Below are positions 17,729 to 28,335 of a stretch of DNA of 64,000 nucleotides, in pieces. The stretch's first letter is position 1. Each line of letters begins with the position of its first letter. Origin of the DNA: Hyphomicrobiales bacterium. GTDB lineage: Bacteria > Pseudomonadota > Alphaproteobacteria > Rhizobiales > OSC116. The translations under genes and the position numbers were made by a program. The stretch is taken from NCBI GenBank assembly GCA_051531935.1, contig JAOPTR010000007.1, positions 283,420 through 347,419 of the forward strand. Reading direction: 5' to 3'. Below the pieces are notes generated by a model. That model was not told where the DNA came from and made no database searches. It saw nothing but the letters and a program-made list of their open reading frames with translations.

Positions 17729-18769
17729 ATGGTAAGTATAAAAGACCTAGCTAAACGACTAGATATATCAATTGGCACTGTTTCTCGAGCGTTAAACGAT
17801 AAGCCTGATGTGAACAAACAAACACGTGCAAAAGTATTGCAAGCTGCCGATGAAATGGGATATGTCGCCAATCAATCTGGCCGTAGTTTAAGGCAAGGGA
17901 CAACCAACGCCATCGGATTTATGATCGGTTCTGGCACTGATTCATCTGCCAATAGCGACAATTTTTTCTTGGGTGTTATGGATGGTTTGCAAAGTGCTTT
18001 GTCGAAACATCGTTTAGATTTAGTGGTTTTGCCTTGTTCTACCGACGAAAACCCCGAAGATTATTTAAAGAGAATGGTGGCGCGTCAATTGGTTGATGGC
18101 ATGATCATCACTGCGACCCATACTGTTGACAAGCGTATAGACTTTTTAAGCAAATCAAAACTGCCATTTGTGGCACTTGGGCAAAGTGAAACAGGCAAAA
18201 ACCACCCGTGGATTGATCTGGACTTTGAAGGCGTTGCACAAGTGTCTATAGATAGGTTTGTGAAGGCAGGGCACAAACGGATCGCCATTGCATTGTCAGC
18301 CGATGAGCTTAACCTTGGTTCGATTTTTTTAGCCAGTTATAAGGCGAGCCTAAAACGCCACAATATAGAGTTTGAACCTGAACTGGTGCTGCAAGCCAAT
18401 AGTAATGACAAAGGCGGCTATGCGATTGCTGATGAGTTGCTGAACATGAAAAACCAACCCACTGCCATTTTGCTGGTTCATGAGCTAATGGCGCATGGTC
18501 TTTATCGGCGGTTGGCGGAGGATGGCTTAATCGTTGGGCGTGATTTGGCGGTTATTGGTTTCCGAAATTCGGCACAAGCCCGTATGTTTTCACCAAGCCT
18601 AACAAGTTTTAAACTGTCATTGCGTGAGCTTGGCATTGCCTTGGCCGAAAGCCTATTGTCTACAATGCCAGCCTACCAAAAACATTACCCGAACAAAAGC
18701 CTTAGCCAGATTTGGCCGATGGAAATCGTTGAGGGTGAAAGTGACGCTGTGAAAACTCTCAAAATTTAA
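17729..18769 (+). CDS. LacI-family transcriptional regulator
   Basis: The track ORF starts at 17477 inside the neighbouring gene. The start is placed at MVSIKDLAKRLDISIGTVSRALNDKPDVN (LacI HTH), followed by a periplasmic-binding-fold effector domain. Confidence 0.88.
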   Translation: MVSIKDLAKRLDISIGTVSRALNDKPDVNKQTRAKVLQAADEMGYVANQSGRSLRQGTTNAIGFMIGSGTDSSANSDNFFLGVMDGLQSALSKHRLDLVVLPCSTDENPEDYLKRMVARQLVDGMIITATHTVDKRIDFLSKSKLPFVALGQSETGKNHPWIDLDFEGVAQVSIDRFVKAGHKRIAIALSADELNLGSIFLASYKASLKRHNIEFEPELVLQANSNDKGGYAIADELLNMKNQPTAILLVHELMAHGLYRRLAEDGLIVGRDLAVIGFRNSAQARMFSPSLTSFKLSLRELGIALAESLLSTMPAYQKHYPNKSLSQIWPMEIVEGESDAVKTLKI

Positions 18770-18863
18770 ACCAACCACCATTCGTAAATAATTTTTTTAT
18801 GAATGGTGGATGGCTCTGCTAAGTTGTTTTGTCTGAAGTGTTGGTTATATAAAATATCGGACC

Positions 18864-20387
18864 TTATTTTAAATCCTCTGGCAGAAGTGCTGATGGAATA
18901 TTTTGGAAACATATTGGACGCAAAAACCGTCTAATCGCCATTGTGCCAACTGATGTTGCACCAAAATTTGTTGATGCAGGGTAGGGGCCGCCATGTACCA
19001 TGGTATCCGAAACTTCAACTCCTGTAGGGAATCCGTTTGCCAATATTCTACCGGCTTTACGTTCCAAAATAGGAAGCAAAATTTTGCCAAGATTTGCATC
19101 TTCATCATCAAGATGCAAAGTGCAGGTAAGCTGCCCTTTGAGTGATGCAGCCACTTGAATCATTTGGGCTTCATCTTTCACGCTAATAATGATGCCTAAA
19201 GGTCCAAATACCTCTTCTGTGAGTTCTTCATTTTGAAGCCAAGCATCGCCAGTCGTTGCGAAAAGATAAGGTGTGGCTTCTCGAAGGTTGCAGCTGCTAG
19301 AAAATAGCTCCTGAACACCTGTAGTTGAAGCAATGGTTTTTTTGCCGTTCTGATAAGCTTCTGCAATGCCATCAGTTAACATCATTTGCGCGCCAATTGG
19401 TTCTAGTGCCTTGGTTGTTTCGGTAATGAAAGCTTTAGCATCTTCACCATCAATAACAATAGCTACACCAGGGTTTGTGCAAAATTGTCCTGCGCCCATA
19501 GTTAATGAACTTGCCCAACCTTTGGCAATTTCGGAACCACGAGAAGACAAAGCTTGAGGCAGTAAAAACATAGGGTTTACAGAGCCTAACTCCCCAAAGA
19601 ATGGAATTGGCGCATCTCTACCCGCACATAAATTAAATAAAGCACGTCCACCACCTAATGAGCCTGTAAAACCAACCGCGTTAATGAGTGGGTGCAACAC
19701 CAATGCCTGACCGACATCACGAGAATCTGCCTGAATTAGGCTAAAAACACCAGGATGAATGTTGCATTTTTTTATGGCTGCATGGATAGCCTCTGCCATT
19801 ATTTCACAGGTACCAGGATGAGCATTATGCGCTTTGACCACAACGGGGCAGCCCGCAGCTAGTGCAGACGCGGTGTCGCCACCGAGTGTAGAAAATGCGA
19901 GTGGAAAGTTTGAAGCGCCAAACACAGCAACGGGACCAATTGGGCGTTGCATCATGCGTAAATCTGGGCGCGGTAGCGGTGCGCGATCTGGCAGAGCTGC
20001 ATCGTGTCTTAAATCCAAATATTCATCGGACATAATATGAGTGGCGAACAATTTTAACTGTCCAATTGTACGGCCGCGCTCGCCTTGTAACCGCGCAGTT
20101 GGCAGTCCTGTTTCATTTGAACCAATTTCAGTAATGGCCTCGGCGCGTTTTTCAATTTCATCTGCTATGGTTTCAAGAAAAACAGAACGGTCTGAGCGGC
20201 TAGAATAACCATATGTTAAATAAGCTTCTTCTGCTGCCAATACAGCAACATTCACAAGTTCTGGCGTGCCAGCACTAAATGAGAAGCTTTCCCCTGAAGC
20301 TGGGCTAGAGGAGAATGTATTTTCACTGCTAACCCATTCACCTGCGATTAAATGTTTGCCATGTGGTTTGAAAATTGAACTATTCAA
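18864..20387 (-). CDS. Aldehyde dehydrogenase, alpha-ketoglutarate semialdehyde (2,5-dioxovalerate) dehydrogenase type
   Basis: 507 aa. ALDH fold with the catalytic Cys block GAGQFCTNPG. TTG start preceded by AAAGGAA. Last gene of the pentose oxidation operon. Confidence 0.7.
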   Translation of the reverse strand: MNSSIFKPHGKHLIAGEWVSSENTFSSSPASGESFSFSAGTPELVNVAVLAAEEAYLTYGYSSRSDRSVFLETIADEIEKRAEAITEIGSNETGLPTARLQGERGRTIGQLKLFATHIMSDEYLDLRHDAALPDRAPLPRPDLRMMQRPIGPVAVFGASNFPLAFSTLGGDTASALAAGCPVVVKAHNAHPGTCEIMAEAIHAAIKKCNIHPGVFSLIQADSRDVGQALVLHPLINAVGFTGSLGGGRALFNLCAGRDAPIPFFGELGSVNPMFLLPQALSSRGSEIAKGWASSLTMGAGQFCTNPGVAIVIDGEDAKAFITETTKALEPIGAQMMLTDGIAEAYQNGKKTIASTTGVQELFSSSCNLREATPYLFATTGDAWLQNEELTEEVFGPLGIIISVKDEAQMIQVAASLKGQLTCTLHLDDEDANLGKILLPILERKAGRILANGFPTGVEVSDTMVHGGPYPASTNFGATSVGTMAIRRFLRPICFQNIPSALLPEDLK

Positions 20388-20432
20388 GGGATGTTCCTTT
20401 GTTGTAAGGTATTAATATCGGGTTTTTAAATT

Positions 20433-20699
20433 TTAGCTCTGGTCAAATAGCTCGGACTTAATTCCATTTGCTATTTTTTGAGTTTTCTTTGCGCGTGTTT
20501 TCAATGTTTTTAAGCAATTTAACATTTGATAATTCTCATAATTTATTAGATTCAAATTTTGTTCTAATTCAGAAAATATTTCATCAAAATCAATAACTAT
20601 CTGCATGCCAAAATCATTGGCAACATTGCTGTCAATTTCTTGAGGGAACGTAGCTGAATGAAGTGGTTTTTGTTTATACAATGGGATTATTTTTGCCAT
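20433..20699 (-). CDS. Hypothetical 88-aa protein, AT-rich orphan inside the pentose operon
   Basis: MAKIIPLYKQKPLHSATFPQEID...SELFDQS. It is preceded by AGAGGTGG-N7-ATG. The 151-aa track ORF (to 20888) overlaps the dehydrogenase gene, so it was trimmed. I recognise no family. Confidence 0.5.
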   Translation of the reverse strand: MAKIIPLYKQKPLHSATFPQEIDSNVANDFGMQIVIDFDEIFSELEQNLNLINYENYQMLNCLKTLKTRAKKTQKIANGIKSELFDQS

Positions 20700-20712
20700 T
20701 TTAAAACCACCT

Positions 20713-21642
20713 CTACTCAATAAAGGGCGCTGCCGTTTCATGCCTACAGAGCATGAAACAGTCAGCCACATGCAGCAATGGAGTTGAATCCACGTCGGAG
20801 GAACCTTGCAATAGAAGTTCTGCAAAGCGTGCATATATTCGATCATATTCAGAAGCCAGAGCGTCAGCGGCAACCAATATTTCGCCATTAAGACTAACGC
20901 TAGAGCCGCCCCCAGACAAAGCTAGCAGACCTTGGTCTGTTTCAATATTGACATCCCAAGTTTGAGGCCCTGTCTGTAAAAAATCTAAAGTAAATGAAAC
21001 AGGTTTTCCGCTCGTGGTTTTGAAATTTAAGTCTGCCGCAACGGGTGTGTGTAAATTTTCTGGAATATTCAAAACACCATCGGTTAAATAGAATTTTTCA
21101 GGCAAAATTTCTGTTACAATGGAAAGCGCGTTAATACCTGGGTCAAAAACACCCAAGCCGCCAGGTTGCCAAATCCAATCTTGGCCAGGGTGCCAGCGTC
21201 TAACATCTTCTTTCCAAATCACGTCTACCGACTTTATTTCTAGTGATAAAAGCTTCTCTTTTGCAATAGAAACTCCATTGGCAAAACGGGAATGCCATGT
21301 GGCAAAAAGACTGCAATTATTCTGCTTTGCAATATCTTCTAACGCATAGACTTCTGCTAAAGTTGAGCCTGGTGGCTTTTCTAACATAACATCTAAACCA
21401 GCTTCAAGCGCAGTCTTTGCAATGTCAAAACGCACCTGGGGCGGAACACAAAGAGATACGACTTTGATGTCAGGACGGGCTGCAATTAAATCTTCGATAT
21501 TTTCAAACGCGTCAATTTCATCAATTTTTGCGTTTCTGCTCACTACAGCAGCCAACTCATATTTATCATTTCGGTTGAGCGAGGGGACATGTTGGTCCAG
21601 AGCAATTTTGCCCAAACCAACAATGGCTATTTTCGTTTTCAT
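20713..21642 (-). CDS. Gfo/Idh/MocA-family aldose 1-dehydrogenase (L-arabinose / D-galactose 1-dehydrogenase type)
   Basis: 309 aa. KIAIVGLGKIALDQHVPSL and EKPPG motifs. Size and context match the AraA-type dehydrogenase of the oxidative L-arabinose pathway. Confidence 0.65.
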   Translation of the reverse strand: MKTKIAIVGLGKIALDQHVPSLNRNDKYELAAVVSRNAKIDEIDAFENIEDLIAARPDIKVVSLCVPPQVRFDIAKTALEAGLDVMLEKPPGSTLAEVYALEDIAKQNNCSLFATWHSRFANGVSIAKEKLLSLEIKSVDVIWKEDVRRWHPGQDWIWQPGGLGVFDPGINALSIVTEILPEKFYLTDGVLNIPENLHTPVAADLNFKTTSGKPVSFTLDFLQTGPQTWDVNIETDQGLLALSGGGSSVSLNGEILVAADALASEYDRIYARFAELLLQGSSDVDSTPLLHVADCFMLCRHETAAPFIE

Positions 21643-21662
21643 AATAATCCTACAAACAATAA

Positions 21663-23405
21663 TTAATGAGAGTCTCTGCCAACATCACTTCCACGGCAGC
21701 CAACCAAGAAGTCAAAATCGGCACCTGTATCAGCCCCTTTAACATGGCTATGGAATAAGTGAGCATAACCAGATTTTGGCGCTTCAATTGGGGATTTCCA
21801 TTTGGCCAATCGTTTAGCCATTTCTTCTTCCGAAATGTCTAGGTGTAAGCTGCGTTCATGCACATTTAGGCTAATAATATCACCCGTTTGCACAATCGCC
21901 AATGGGCCACCTGCTGCGGCTTCGGGCGATGTATGCAATATCACGGTGCCGTAGGCAGTGCCAGACATTCTCGCATCAGAAATACGCACCATATCAGTGA
22001 TACCTTTGCGCAAAACTTTAGGCGGTAAACCCATATTACCAACTTCGGGCATTCCAGGATAACCTTTAGGGCCACAATATTTCATAACCATGATGCAGTT
22101 TTCATCAATGTCCAAGTCCTCATCTTCAATGCGGGCTTTATAATCATCAATATCATCAAAAACTACGGCTCGGCCTGTATGCACCAACAAATGTTCACTG
22201 GCGGCCGATGGTTTTAAAACAGCACCATTTGGTGCCAAGTTTCCACGCAATACCGCAATGCCGCCTTGTTGTGTAAGGGCCTCCTCGACGGGTAAGATGA
22301 CATCTTCATTCCAATTTTTTGCATCCTTCACTTCATCCCACATGCTTTTGCCTGAAACAGTCAAAACATCTTTATGAAGTTTGCCAGCTTCACCAAGTCG
22401 TTTAATCACAACTGGCAACCCGCCGGCATAGAAGAACTCTTCCATCAAATATTTACCAGATGGCATGAGATTCACGATTGTGGGAATGTCGCGACCAAGG
22501 CTATCCCAATCATTCAAGTTAAGCTCTATGCCAACACGGCCTGCAATTGCCAATAGATGGATAACAGCATTTGTCGAGCCACCAATTGCACCATTTGTGC
22601 GAATTGCATTTTCAAAAGCTTCTCGAGTTAAAATATCAGATGGCTTCAAATCATCTTTGACCATATCAACAATGCGGCGACCAGTAATCTGAGCCATAAC
22701 ACGACGTCGGCTATCAACCGCAGGAATTGCGGCATTGCCAGATAAGGCCATGCCCAAAGCTTCAGCCATACTTGCCATCGTGCTTGCCGTGCCCATTGTG
22801 TTGCATGAACCTGCGCTACGTGACATAGATTGTTCGGCTTCTAAAAAATCTTCTCGTGTCATTTTGCCAGCTTTAATGTCTTCTGACATTTGCCAAAGTG
22901 CTGTGCCTGAACCTACACGCTCGCCTCTAAATTGGCCGTTGAGCATGGGGCCACCTGTTACCACAATGGCAGGTAGGTCAACGCTTGCTGCACCCATTAA
23001 AAGGGCAGGGGTGGTTTTGTCGCAACCTACCATCAATACCACGCCGTCAACTGGGTTTGCGCGTAAAGCTTCTTCTACATCCATAGAACCCAAGTTGCGA
23101 TACATCATCGCCGTGGGGCGCAGGCTGCTTTCACCAACTGAAAAAACAGGGAATTCAACAGGAAAGCCGCCCGCTTCGTAAACACCACGTTTAACGCGTT
23201 CTGCAAGGTCACGTAAATGCCCATTACATGGTGTTAAGTCTGACCAAGTATTGCAAATGCCAATAACGGGGCGTCCATCAAACATATCTGCAGGATGTCC
23301 TTGGTTTTTCATCCAACTTCTATGGTAAATATTATCGCGGCTGTCACCACCATACCAAACTTGCGAGCGTAATTTGCGTGGCCATTCTGCTGGTTTGAAC
23401 GTCAT
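21663..23405 (-). CDS. IlvD/Edd-family sugar-acid dehydratase (L-arabinonate / D-xylonate dehydratase type)
   Basis: 580 aa. Fe-S cluster motif MVGCDKTTPALLMG, and ..SGTAYGTVILHTSPEAA... Strong AGGAGG RBS. Confidence 0.85.
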   Translation of the reverse strand: MTFKPAEWPRKLRSQVWYGGDSRDNIYHRSWMKNQGHPADMFDGRPVIGICNTWSDLTPCNGHLRDLAERVKRGVYEAGGFPVEFPVFSVGESSLRPTAMMYRNLGSMDVEEALRANPVDGVVLMVGCDKTTPALLMGAASVDLPAIVVTGGPMLNGQFRGERVGSGTALWQMSEDIKAGKMTREDFLEAEQSMSRSAGSCNTMGTASTMASMAEALGMALSGNAAIPAVDSRRRVMAQITGRRIVDMVKDDLKPSDILTREAFENAIRTNGAIGGSTNAVIHLLAIAGRVGIELNLNDWDSLGRDIPTIVNLMPSGKYLMEEFFYAGGLPVVIKRLGEAGKLHKDVLTVSGKSMWDEVKDAKNWNEDVILPVEEALTQQGGIAVLRGNLAPNGAVLKPSAASEHLLVHTGRAVVFDDIDDYKARIEDEDLDIDENCIMVMKYCGPKGYPGMPEVGNMGLPPKVLRKGITDMVRISDARMSGTAYGTVILHTSPEAAAGGPLAIVQTGDIISLNVHERSLHLDISEEEMAKRLAKWKSPIEAPKSGYAHLFHSHVKGADTGADFDFLVGCRGSDVGRDSH

Positions 23406-23425
23406 TATTCATGCCTCCTAAAAAA

Positions 23426-24430
23426 TTACAATTGTGTAATTTTCATCAATTGATTGGTTGAATTTTGGGGTGTTATTTTATGCGCGTTGCGCAGCGGCAA
23501 GCCAAATTCAGGTGCTTCGATCTCAAACACATCACCATCTTCTACAACTAAACCCTTAGCAAAAGACAATGTCGCCGTGCCAAACATATGAACATGCACA
23601 TCACCAGGTTGGCGAAAAATATCATATTTAAAATGATGGTGTTCTAGGTTGTGAATTGTGTGAGACATGTTTTTTTCGCCTGTTACAAAAGGCTCATCAA
23701 ATATGGCTTCGTCACTTCGCAAAATACGTGATCTGCCTTGGATGTCATCAGGTAAATCACCCAATAAAATTTCGGGTCCAAAGGATGCAGGACGCAGTTT
23801 TGAATGCGCTAAATACAGATAGTTTACCTGTTCAGTAACATGATCGGAAAACTCGTTAGCAATTGCAAAACCAACTCGAAATGGAGCGCCATCTTTGGCA
23901 ATAATATAAATACCAGCAAGCTCAGGTTCTTCCCCGCCATCTTTGGCAAATGAAGGAGAAATAAGCGCTCCACCAGGTGCAACAACCGCATTGCCATTAC
24001 CTTTGTAAAACCATTCTGGTTGCGCCCCTATTTCATCATTAGGCATTTTACCGCCCTCTAAACCCATTAAAAACATACGTTTTGTATCGGTTAATGTCTC
24101 GTCATTCGAAGTCTTCGCTTCTTGGTGCATCGTATCACGGGTGGAAGCGGAGCCTAAATGTGTGAGGCCAGTACCAGTTAAATGCAAATGAGCAGGATCG
24201 GGATGAGTGATGGGCGAAATAAGTTCGCCATCTTCATATAATTTCTCAACATCTACAGCTTGGCCTAGACCTAATTTGGATACACGGTCAGTTAATTTGT
24301 ATCCGTTATTTGCGCAATCTAAAGCCAATTCGTAGACACTGCTCACGCCGTTAACGATGTAAGCTTCTGTGCCCTCTCTAGCGATAACTGAGATACGCCC
24401 ATTTGCAGTTTTGATTTGTGAAAGTAACAT
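23426..24430 (-). CDS. gguC: GguC/AraD1-like protein (FAH-superfamily fold), candidate 2-keto-3-deoxy-pentonate dehydratase
   Basis: 334 aa. It lies immediately downstream of the gguA/gguB homologues, as gguC does in Agrobacterium. The assignment rests on position, length and remembered similarity, not on a motif I can point to. Confidence 0.5.
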   Translation of the reverse strand: MLLSQIKTANGRISVIAREGTEAYIVNGVSSVYELALDCANNGYKLTDRVSKLGLGQAVDVEKLYEDGELISPITHPDPAHLHLTGTGLTHLGSASTRDTMHQEAKTSNDETLTDTKRMFLMGLEGGKMPNDEIGAQPEWFYKGNGNAVVAPGGALISPSFAKDGGEEPELAGIYIIAKDGAPFRVGFAIANEFSDHVTEQVNYLYLAHSKLRPASFGPEILLGDLPDDIQGRSRILRSDEAIFDEPFVTGEKNMSHTIHNLEHHHFKYDIFRQPGDVHVHMFGTATLSFAKGLVVEDGDVFEIEAPEFGLPLRNAHKITPQNSTNQLMKITQL

Positions 24431-24440
24431 AATCGCGCCC

Positions 24441-25640
24441 TTAACCTTTATTTTTATTTAATACGTCGAAGATCACCGCAGCGAGCAAAACTAGGCCTTT
24501 AATCACTTGTTGCCAATCAATGCCAACGCCTAAAATCGACATTCCGTTATTCATTACGCCCATAATGAATGCGCCAATGACAGCGCCAATAATGGTGCCG
24601 ACACCGCCAGACATTGATGCGCCACCGATGAATACCGCAGCAATCACATCAAGCTCAAAAGCCAACCCAGCTTTTGGCGTGGCGGTATTAAGACGTGCAG
24701 CAAACACCATACCAGCCAAGGCAGCCAAAACCCCCATATTAACAAAGGTAAGAAACGTAAGTTTTTGGCTGTTAATGCCTGAAAGTTGTGCGGCTTTTTC
24801 ATTGCCACCAACTGCATAAATACGCCGTCCAATAGTTGTTCGGCCAGCCACAAAGCTATAAATGGCGATAAGAAATGCCATGATTATAAATACATTGGGA
24901 ATGCCTCTGAAAGTTGAAAGCAAATATGCCATATAAACAATACCACCAACAATTAGTGCATGTTTACCATAGAAGAATGCTGATGGTTCTAGTTCTGAAC
25001 CGAGCTTTTTTTGTTGCGCGCGGCCGCGTAATGCGGAGAATAATAAAAATCCTGCAACAGCCACACCCAATAGCAATGAAAATAGATTTAGGCTTTCGTT
25101 GTTAAAAATATCTGGCACAAAACCAGATGAAATGAGTTGAAACCCTTTAGGGAAAGGGCCAACTGATTGACCTTCAAGTAGCGCCAAAGTTAGTCCTTTG
25201 AACACCAACATACCCGCCAAAGTAACAATGAATGCAGGTATCCGATAATAAGCAACCCAAAAGCCCTGCAATGCGCCAATGCCGCCACCGACAATTAAGC
25301 AAATTACCCCAGCAACAATATAATTAACATCATAATTAACAATCATCACCGCTGCTAACGCGCCAGTAAAGCCCACAACTGAGCCAACTGATAAATCAAT
25401 ATGCCCGCAAACAATCACTAGCAGCATGCCGATCGCCATAATCACGATATAGCTATTTTGTAAGATAAGGTTGGTGATATTAATGGGTTTCATTAATATA
25501 CCGCCTGTGGCAACTTGAAAGAACGCCATAATGGCGATTAAGGCTAATAAAATGCCATATTCTCTGATGTGTTTTTTTACAAAATCAAGAGCTGAAGGGC
25601 TCGTTTTTGCTATTTCATTTTCTATATTCATTCTATTCAC
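24441..25640 (-). CDS. gguB: Multiple-monosaccharide ABC permease (CUT2)
   Basis: 399 aa, about 10-12 TM. BPD_transp_2 type. 8-nt overlap with the ATPase gene. Confidence 0.75.
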   Translation of the reverse strand: MNRMNIENEIAKTSPSALDFVKKHIREYGILLALIAIMAFFQVATGGILMKPINITNLILQNSYIVIMAIGMLLVIVCGHIDLSVGSVVGFTGALAAVMIVNYDVNYIVAGVICLIVGGGIGALQGFWVAYYRIPAFIVTLAGMLVFKGLTLALLEGQSVGPFPKGFQLISSGFVPDIFNNESLNLFSLLLGVAVAGFLLFSALRGRAQQKKLGSELEPSAFFYGKHALIVGGIVYMAYLLSTFRGIPNVFIIMAFLIAIYSFVAGRTTIGRRIYAVGGNEKAAQLSGINSQKLTFLTFVNMGVLAALAGMVFAARLNTATPKAGLAFELDVIAAVFIGGASMSGGVGTIIGAVIGAFIMGVMNNGMSILGVGIDWQQVIKGLVLLAAVIFDVLNKNKG

Positions 25641-27159
25641 CTGACTTAATAATCATTGACATAATTTTTTCTTGAGAAGCATCTTTGGTTGGTATTTCAC
25701 CAATCATTTTGCTTTCATTCATTACATAAATGCGATCAGTAATACCCAATAGTTCAGGCATTTCCGAGCTGATAACCACGATTGATTTACCTTGAGTGGC
25801 TAAATCGCGAATGATTGTGTAGATTTCGTATTTTGCGCCCACGTCAATGCCACGGGTTGGTTCGTCCAAAATCAAAATATCTGGATTGGCAAATAACCAC
25901 TTTGACAACACAATTTTTTGTTGATTGCCACCAGATAGGTTAATTGCTTCTTGTTCAACGCTAGAGCATTTAATATTGACTAAGTTCTGGTAAAGGATGG
26001 CCACTTCGTTTTCTTTGTGATTGTCAATCACACCATTGTTAGAAATGCCAGCAAAATTAGCCAATGGAATGTTCGTTTTAATCGACTCTTCAAGAACCAA
26101 TCCATAAGTTTTTCGGTCTTCAGTGGCGTATGCCAAACCTGATGCAATGGCGCGTTCGGTCGATGAAACATCAATATCCTTGCCATTCATTTTTGCTGAA
26201 CCGCTCAGTTTTTTGCCATAACTTTGACCAAAAATACTCATGGCAAGTTCGGTACGTCCTGCACCCATTAAACCCGCAATGCCAACAACTTCACCCTTTT
26301 TCACTGAAAAACTGACATTATCGACGCTTAATAAATCAGTATATTCGGGGTTCTGAACGGTCCAATCTTCTATTTCAAAGACTATTTCACCAATTTGTGG
26401 ATCACGAACTGGATAGCGGTTAGATAATGATCTACCTACCATATCCTTTACAATATCATCTTCGGAGATTTCATTAGCATGGCAATCTAAGTGACTTACA
26501 GTCATTCCATCACGTAACACTGTTATGCTATCGGCAACCTTAGAAATTTCATTTAATTTATGCGATATTATAATCGCAGATATACCTTTATTTCTGAACC
26601 CAATTAGCAATTCGAGTAAGGCATCACTATCGGTTTCGTTCAAAGAGGAAGTTGGCTCATCCAGTATTAATAATTTCACTTCTTTGGAGAGTGCTTTTGC
26701 AATCTCAACCAATTGCTGTTTGCCTAAGCCCAAACTACCAACATGGGTATTTGGGTCTTCATTAAGCCCAACCATTTTTAACAACTCAGCAGTGCGTTTA
26801 TTGGTTTCTGACCAATCAATCACACCATTTTTAGCCACCTCATTGCCCAAAAATATATTTTCAGCAATTGATAAAAGCGGCACTAAAGCTAATTCTTGAT
26901 GGATAATAATTATGCCATCTTTTTCACTATCTACGATGCCTTTGAATTTTTTTACGTTTCCTTCGTAAGCGATTTCACCGCTATATGTACCGTGCGGGTA
27001 AACCCCGGAAAGCACTTTCATTAAAGTCGATTTTCCTGCACCATTTTCGCCGACCAAGGCGTGTATTTCTCCGCGTTTAACCTCGATATTGACATTATCA
27101 AGAGCCTTAACACCTGGAAATTCTTTTGTGATGCCGCGCATTTCAAGAATTGTATTCAT
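25633..27159 (-). CDS. gguA: Multiple-monosaccharide ABC ATPase, duplicated ABC domains (CUT2)
   Basis: Two ABC cassettes (GENGAGKST and a second, degenerate P-loop GLMGAGRTE). The start is placed at [10 protein letters not shown].., which follows AGGTGA-N8-ATG. The track start at GTG 27171 overlaps that SD. Confidence 0.8.
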   Translation of the reverse strand: MNTILEMRGITKEFPGVKALDNVNIEVKRGEIHALVGENGAGKSTLMKVLSGVYPHGTYSGEIAYEGNVKKFKGIVDSEKDGIIIIHQELALVPLLSIAENIFLGNEVAKNGVIDWSETNKRTAELLKMVGLNEDPNTHVGSLGLGKQQLVEIAKALSKEVKLLILDEPTSSLNETDSDALLELLIGFRNKGISAIIISHKLNEISKVADSITVLRDGMTVSHLDCHANEISEDDIVKDMVGRSLSNRYPVRDPQIGEIVFEIEDWTVQNPEYTDLLSVDNVSFSVKKGEVVGIAGLMGAGRTELAMSIFGQSYGKKLSGSAKMNGKDIDVSSTERAIASGLAYATEDRKTYGLVLEESIKTNIPLANFAGISNNGVIDNHKENEVAILYQNLVNIKCSSVEQEAINLSGGNQQKIVLSKWLFANPDILILDEPTRGIDVGAKYEIYTIIRDLATQGKSIVVISSEMPELLGITDRIYVMNESKMIGEIPTKDASQEKIMSMIIKSGE

Positions 27160-27188
27160 TGATCTGTTCACCTAATTTTATAGGAAAT

Positions 27189-27220
27189 TGGTTGTCATCA
27201 TTATGCAATGATGACAACCA
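27189..27220 (-). other. Strong intercistronic stem-loop between chvE and gguA
   Basis: TGGTTGTCATCATT-ATGC-AATGATGACAACCA forms a perfect 14-bp stem. A second, weaker hairpin (TGCTGTGC..GCATAGCA) lies at 27231-27256. Confidence 0.6.
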
Positions 27221-27267
27221 GTCTATTCAATGCTGTGCTTTATAATGAGCATAGCAGGTAAATATAT

Positions 27268-28335
27268 TTATTTAATTTGGTCCATTGTGTAATAGCCAGA
27301 ACCAAGAAGAACTTCTTCCCAATTTGCAACAGTCACAGGTAATGGCTCAAGAAGATATGAAGGAACAATTTTTTCGCCGTTATCATATGTTTTTGTGTCA
27401 TTAATTTCAGGTGTTTCACCTTTAAGCAACGCATCAACCATGCCAACAGTCACGCCAGCAAGTGTGCGAGTGTCTTTAAAGATTGTTGAATATTGCTCAC
27501 CCGCAATCATTGATTTAACTGATTGAACTTCGGCATCTTGACCTGTTACGATTGGCATTTTTTCGCCATCAGAACCATAGCCAATACCTTTAAGTGAAGA
27601 AAGAATACCAATTGACAAACCATCATAAGGAGCTAAAGCACCATGTAATTTTTTATCGGTATAATTAGCTGAAAGTAGGTTATCCATACGAGCTTGTGCA
27701 ACCGCACCGTCCCAACGTAGAGTGCCCACTTTATCCATGCCAATTTGGCCAGATTGAATGACGATGTCACCAGAATCAATCATAGGCTGAAGCACTGACA
27801 TTGCACCATCATAGAAGAAGAACGCGTTGTTATCATCTGGTGAGCCACCAAATAATTCAACATTCCAAGGTTTTTGATCGCCAAAACGTTCTGTTAGACC
27901 ATTCACAAGATTGGTAGCTTGCAATACGCCTACTTTGAAATTGTCGAATGTTGCATAATAATCAACATGCTTTGAGCCTTTAATCAAACGATCATAAGCG
28001 ATGATTTTTACGCCAGCAGCAGCAGCATTTTCCAGCACATTAGATAATGTAGTGCCGTCAATAGCGCCAATAACCAAAACATTTACACCCTTAGTGACCA
28101 TGTTTTCAATTTGAGCAAGCTGATTTGGAATGTCATCTTCAGCATATTGCAAATCAGTTGTATAGCCAGCAGCAGCAAATTGCTTAACCATGCTATTGCC
28201 ATCTGCAATCCAACGGGCGGATGATTTTGTAGGCATTGAAATACCAACAAGGCCTTCAGCAACGGCAACAATTGGTGCCGCTAGCAACGAAGTACTTACG
28301 GCAGCTGCCATAAGAATTTTATTAAAGATTTTCAT
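27268..28335 (-). CDS. chvE: Periplasmic multiple-monosaccharide (arabinose/galactose/glucose/xylose) binding protein
   Basis: 355 aa. Signal peptide [26 protein letters not shown]. Peripla_BP_1 fold. Followed by gguABC homologues and divergent from a LysR regulator, as for chvE/gbpR in Agrobacterium. Confidence 0.75.
   Translation of the reverse strand: MKIFNKILMAAAVSTSLLAAPIVAVAEGLVGISMPTKSSARWIADGNSMVKQFAAAGYTTDLQYAEDDIPNQLAQIENMVTKGVNVLVIGAIDGTTLSNVLENAAAAGVKIIAYDRLIKGSKHVDYYATFDNFKVGVLQATNLVNGLTERFGDQKPWNVELFGGSPDDNNAFFFYDGAMSVLQPMIDSGDIVIQSGQIGMDKVGTLRWDGAVAQARMDNLLSANYTDKKLHGALAPYDGLSIGILSSLKGIGYGSDGEKMPIVTGQDAEVQSVKSMIAGEQYSTIFKDTRTLAGVTVGMVDALLKGETPEINDTKTYDNGEKIVPSYLLEPLPVTVANWEEVLLGSGYYTMDQIK

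Noticed and set aside
20700-20888. Upstream 63-codon extension of the small ORF (the track ORF 20433-20888, 151 aa).
   Set aside because: The extension overlaps the 3' end of the well-supported aldose dehydrogenase gene in another frame. The internal ATG at 20699 has a proper SD and starts right after that gene's stop.
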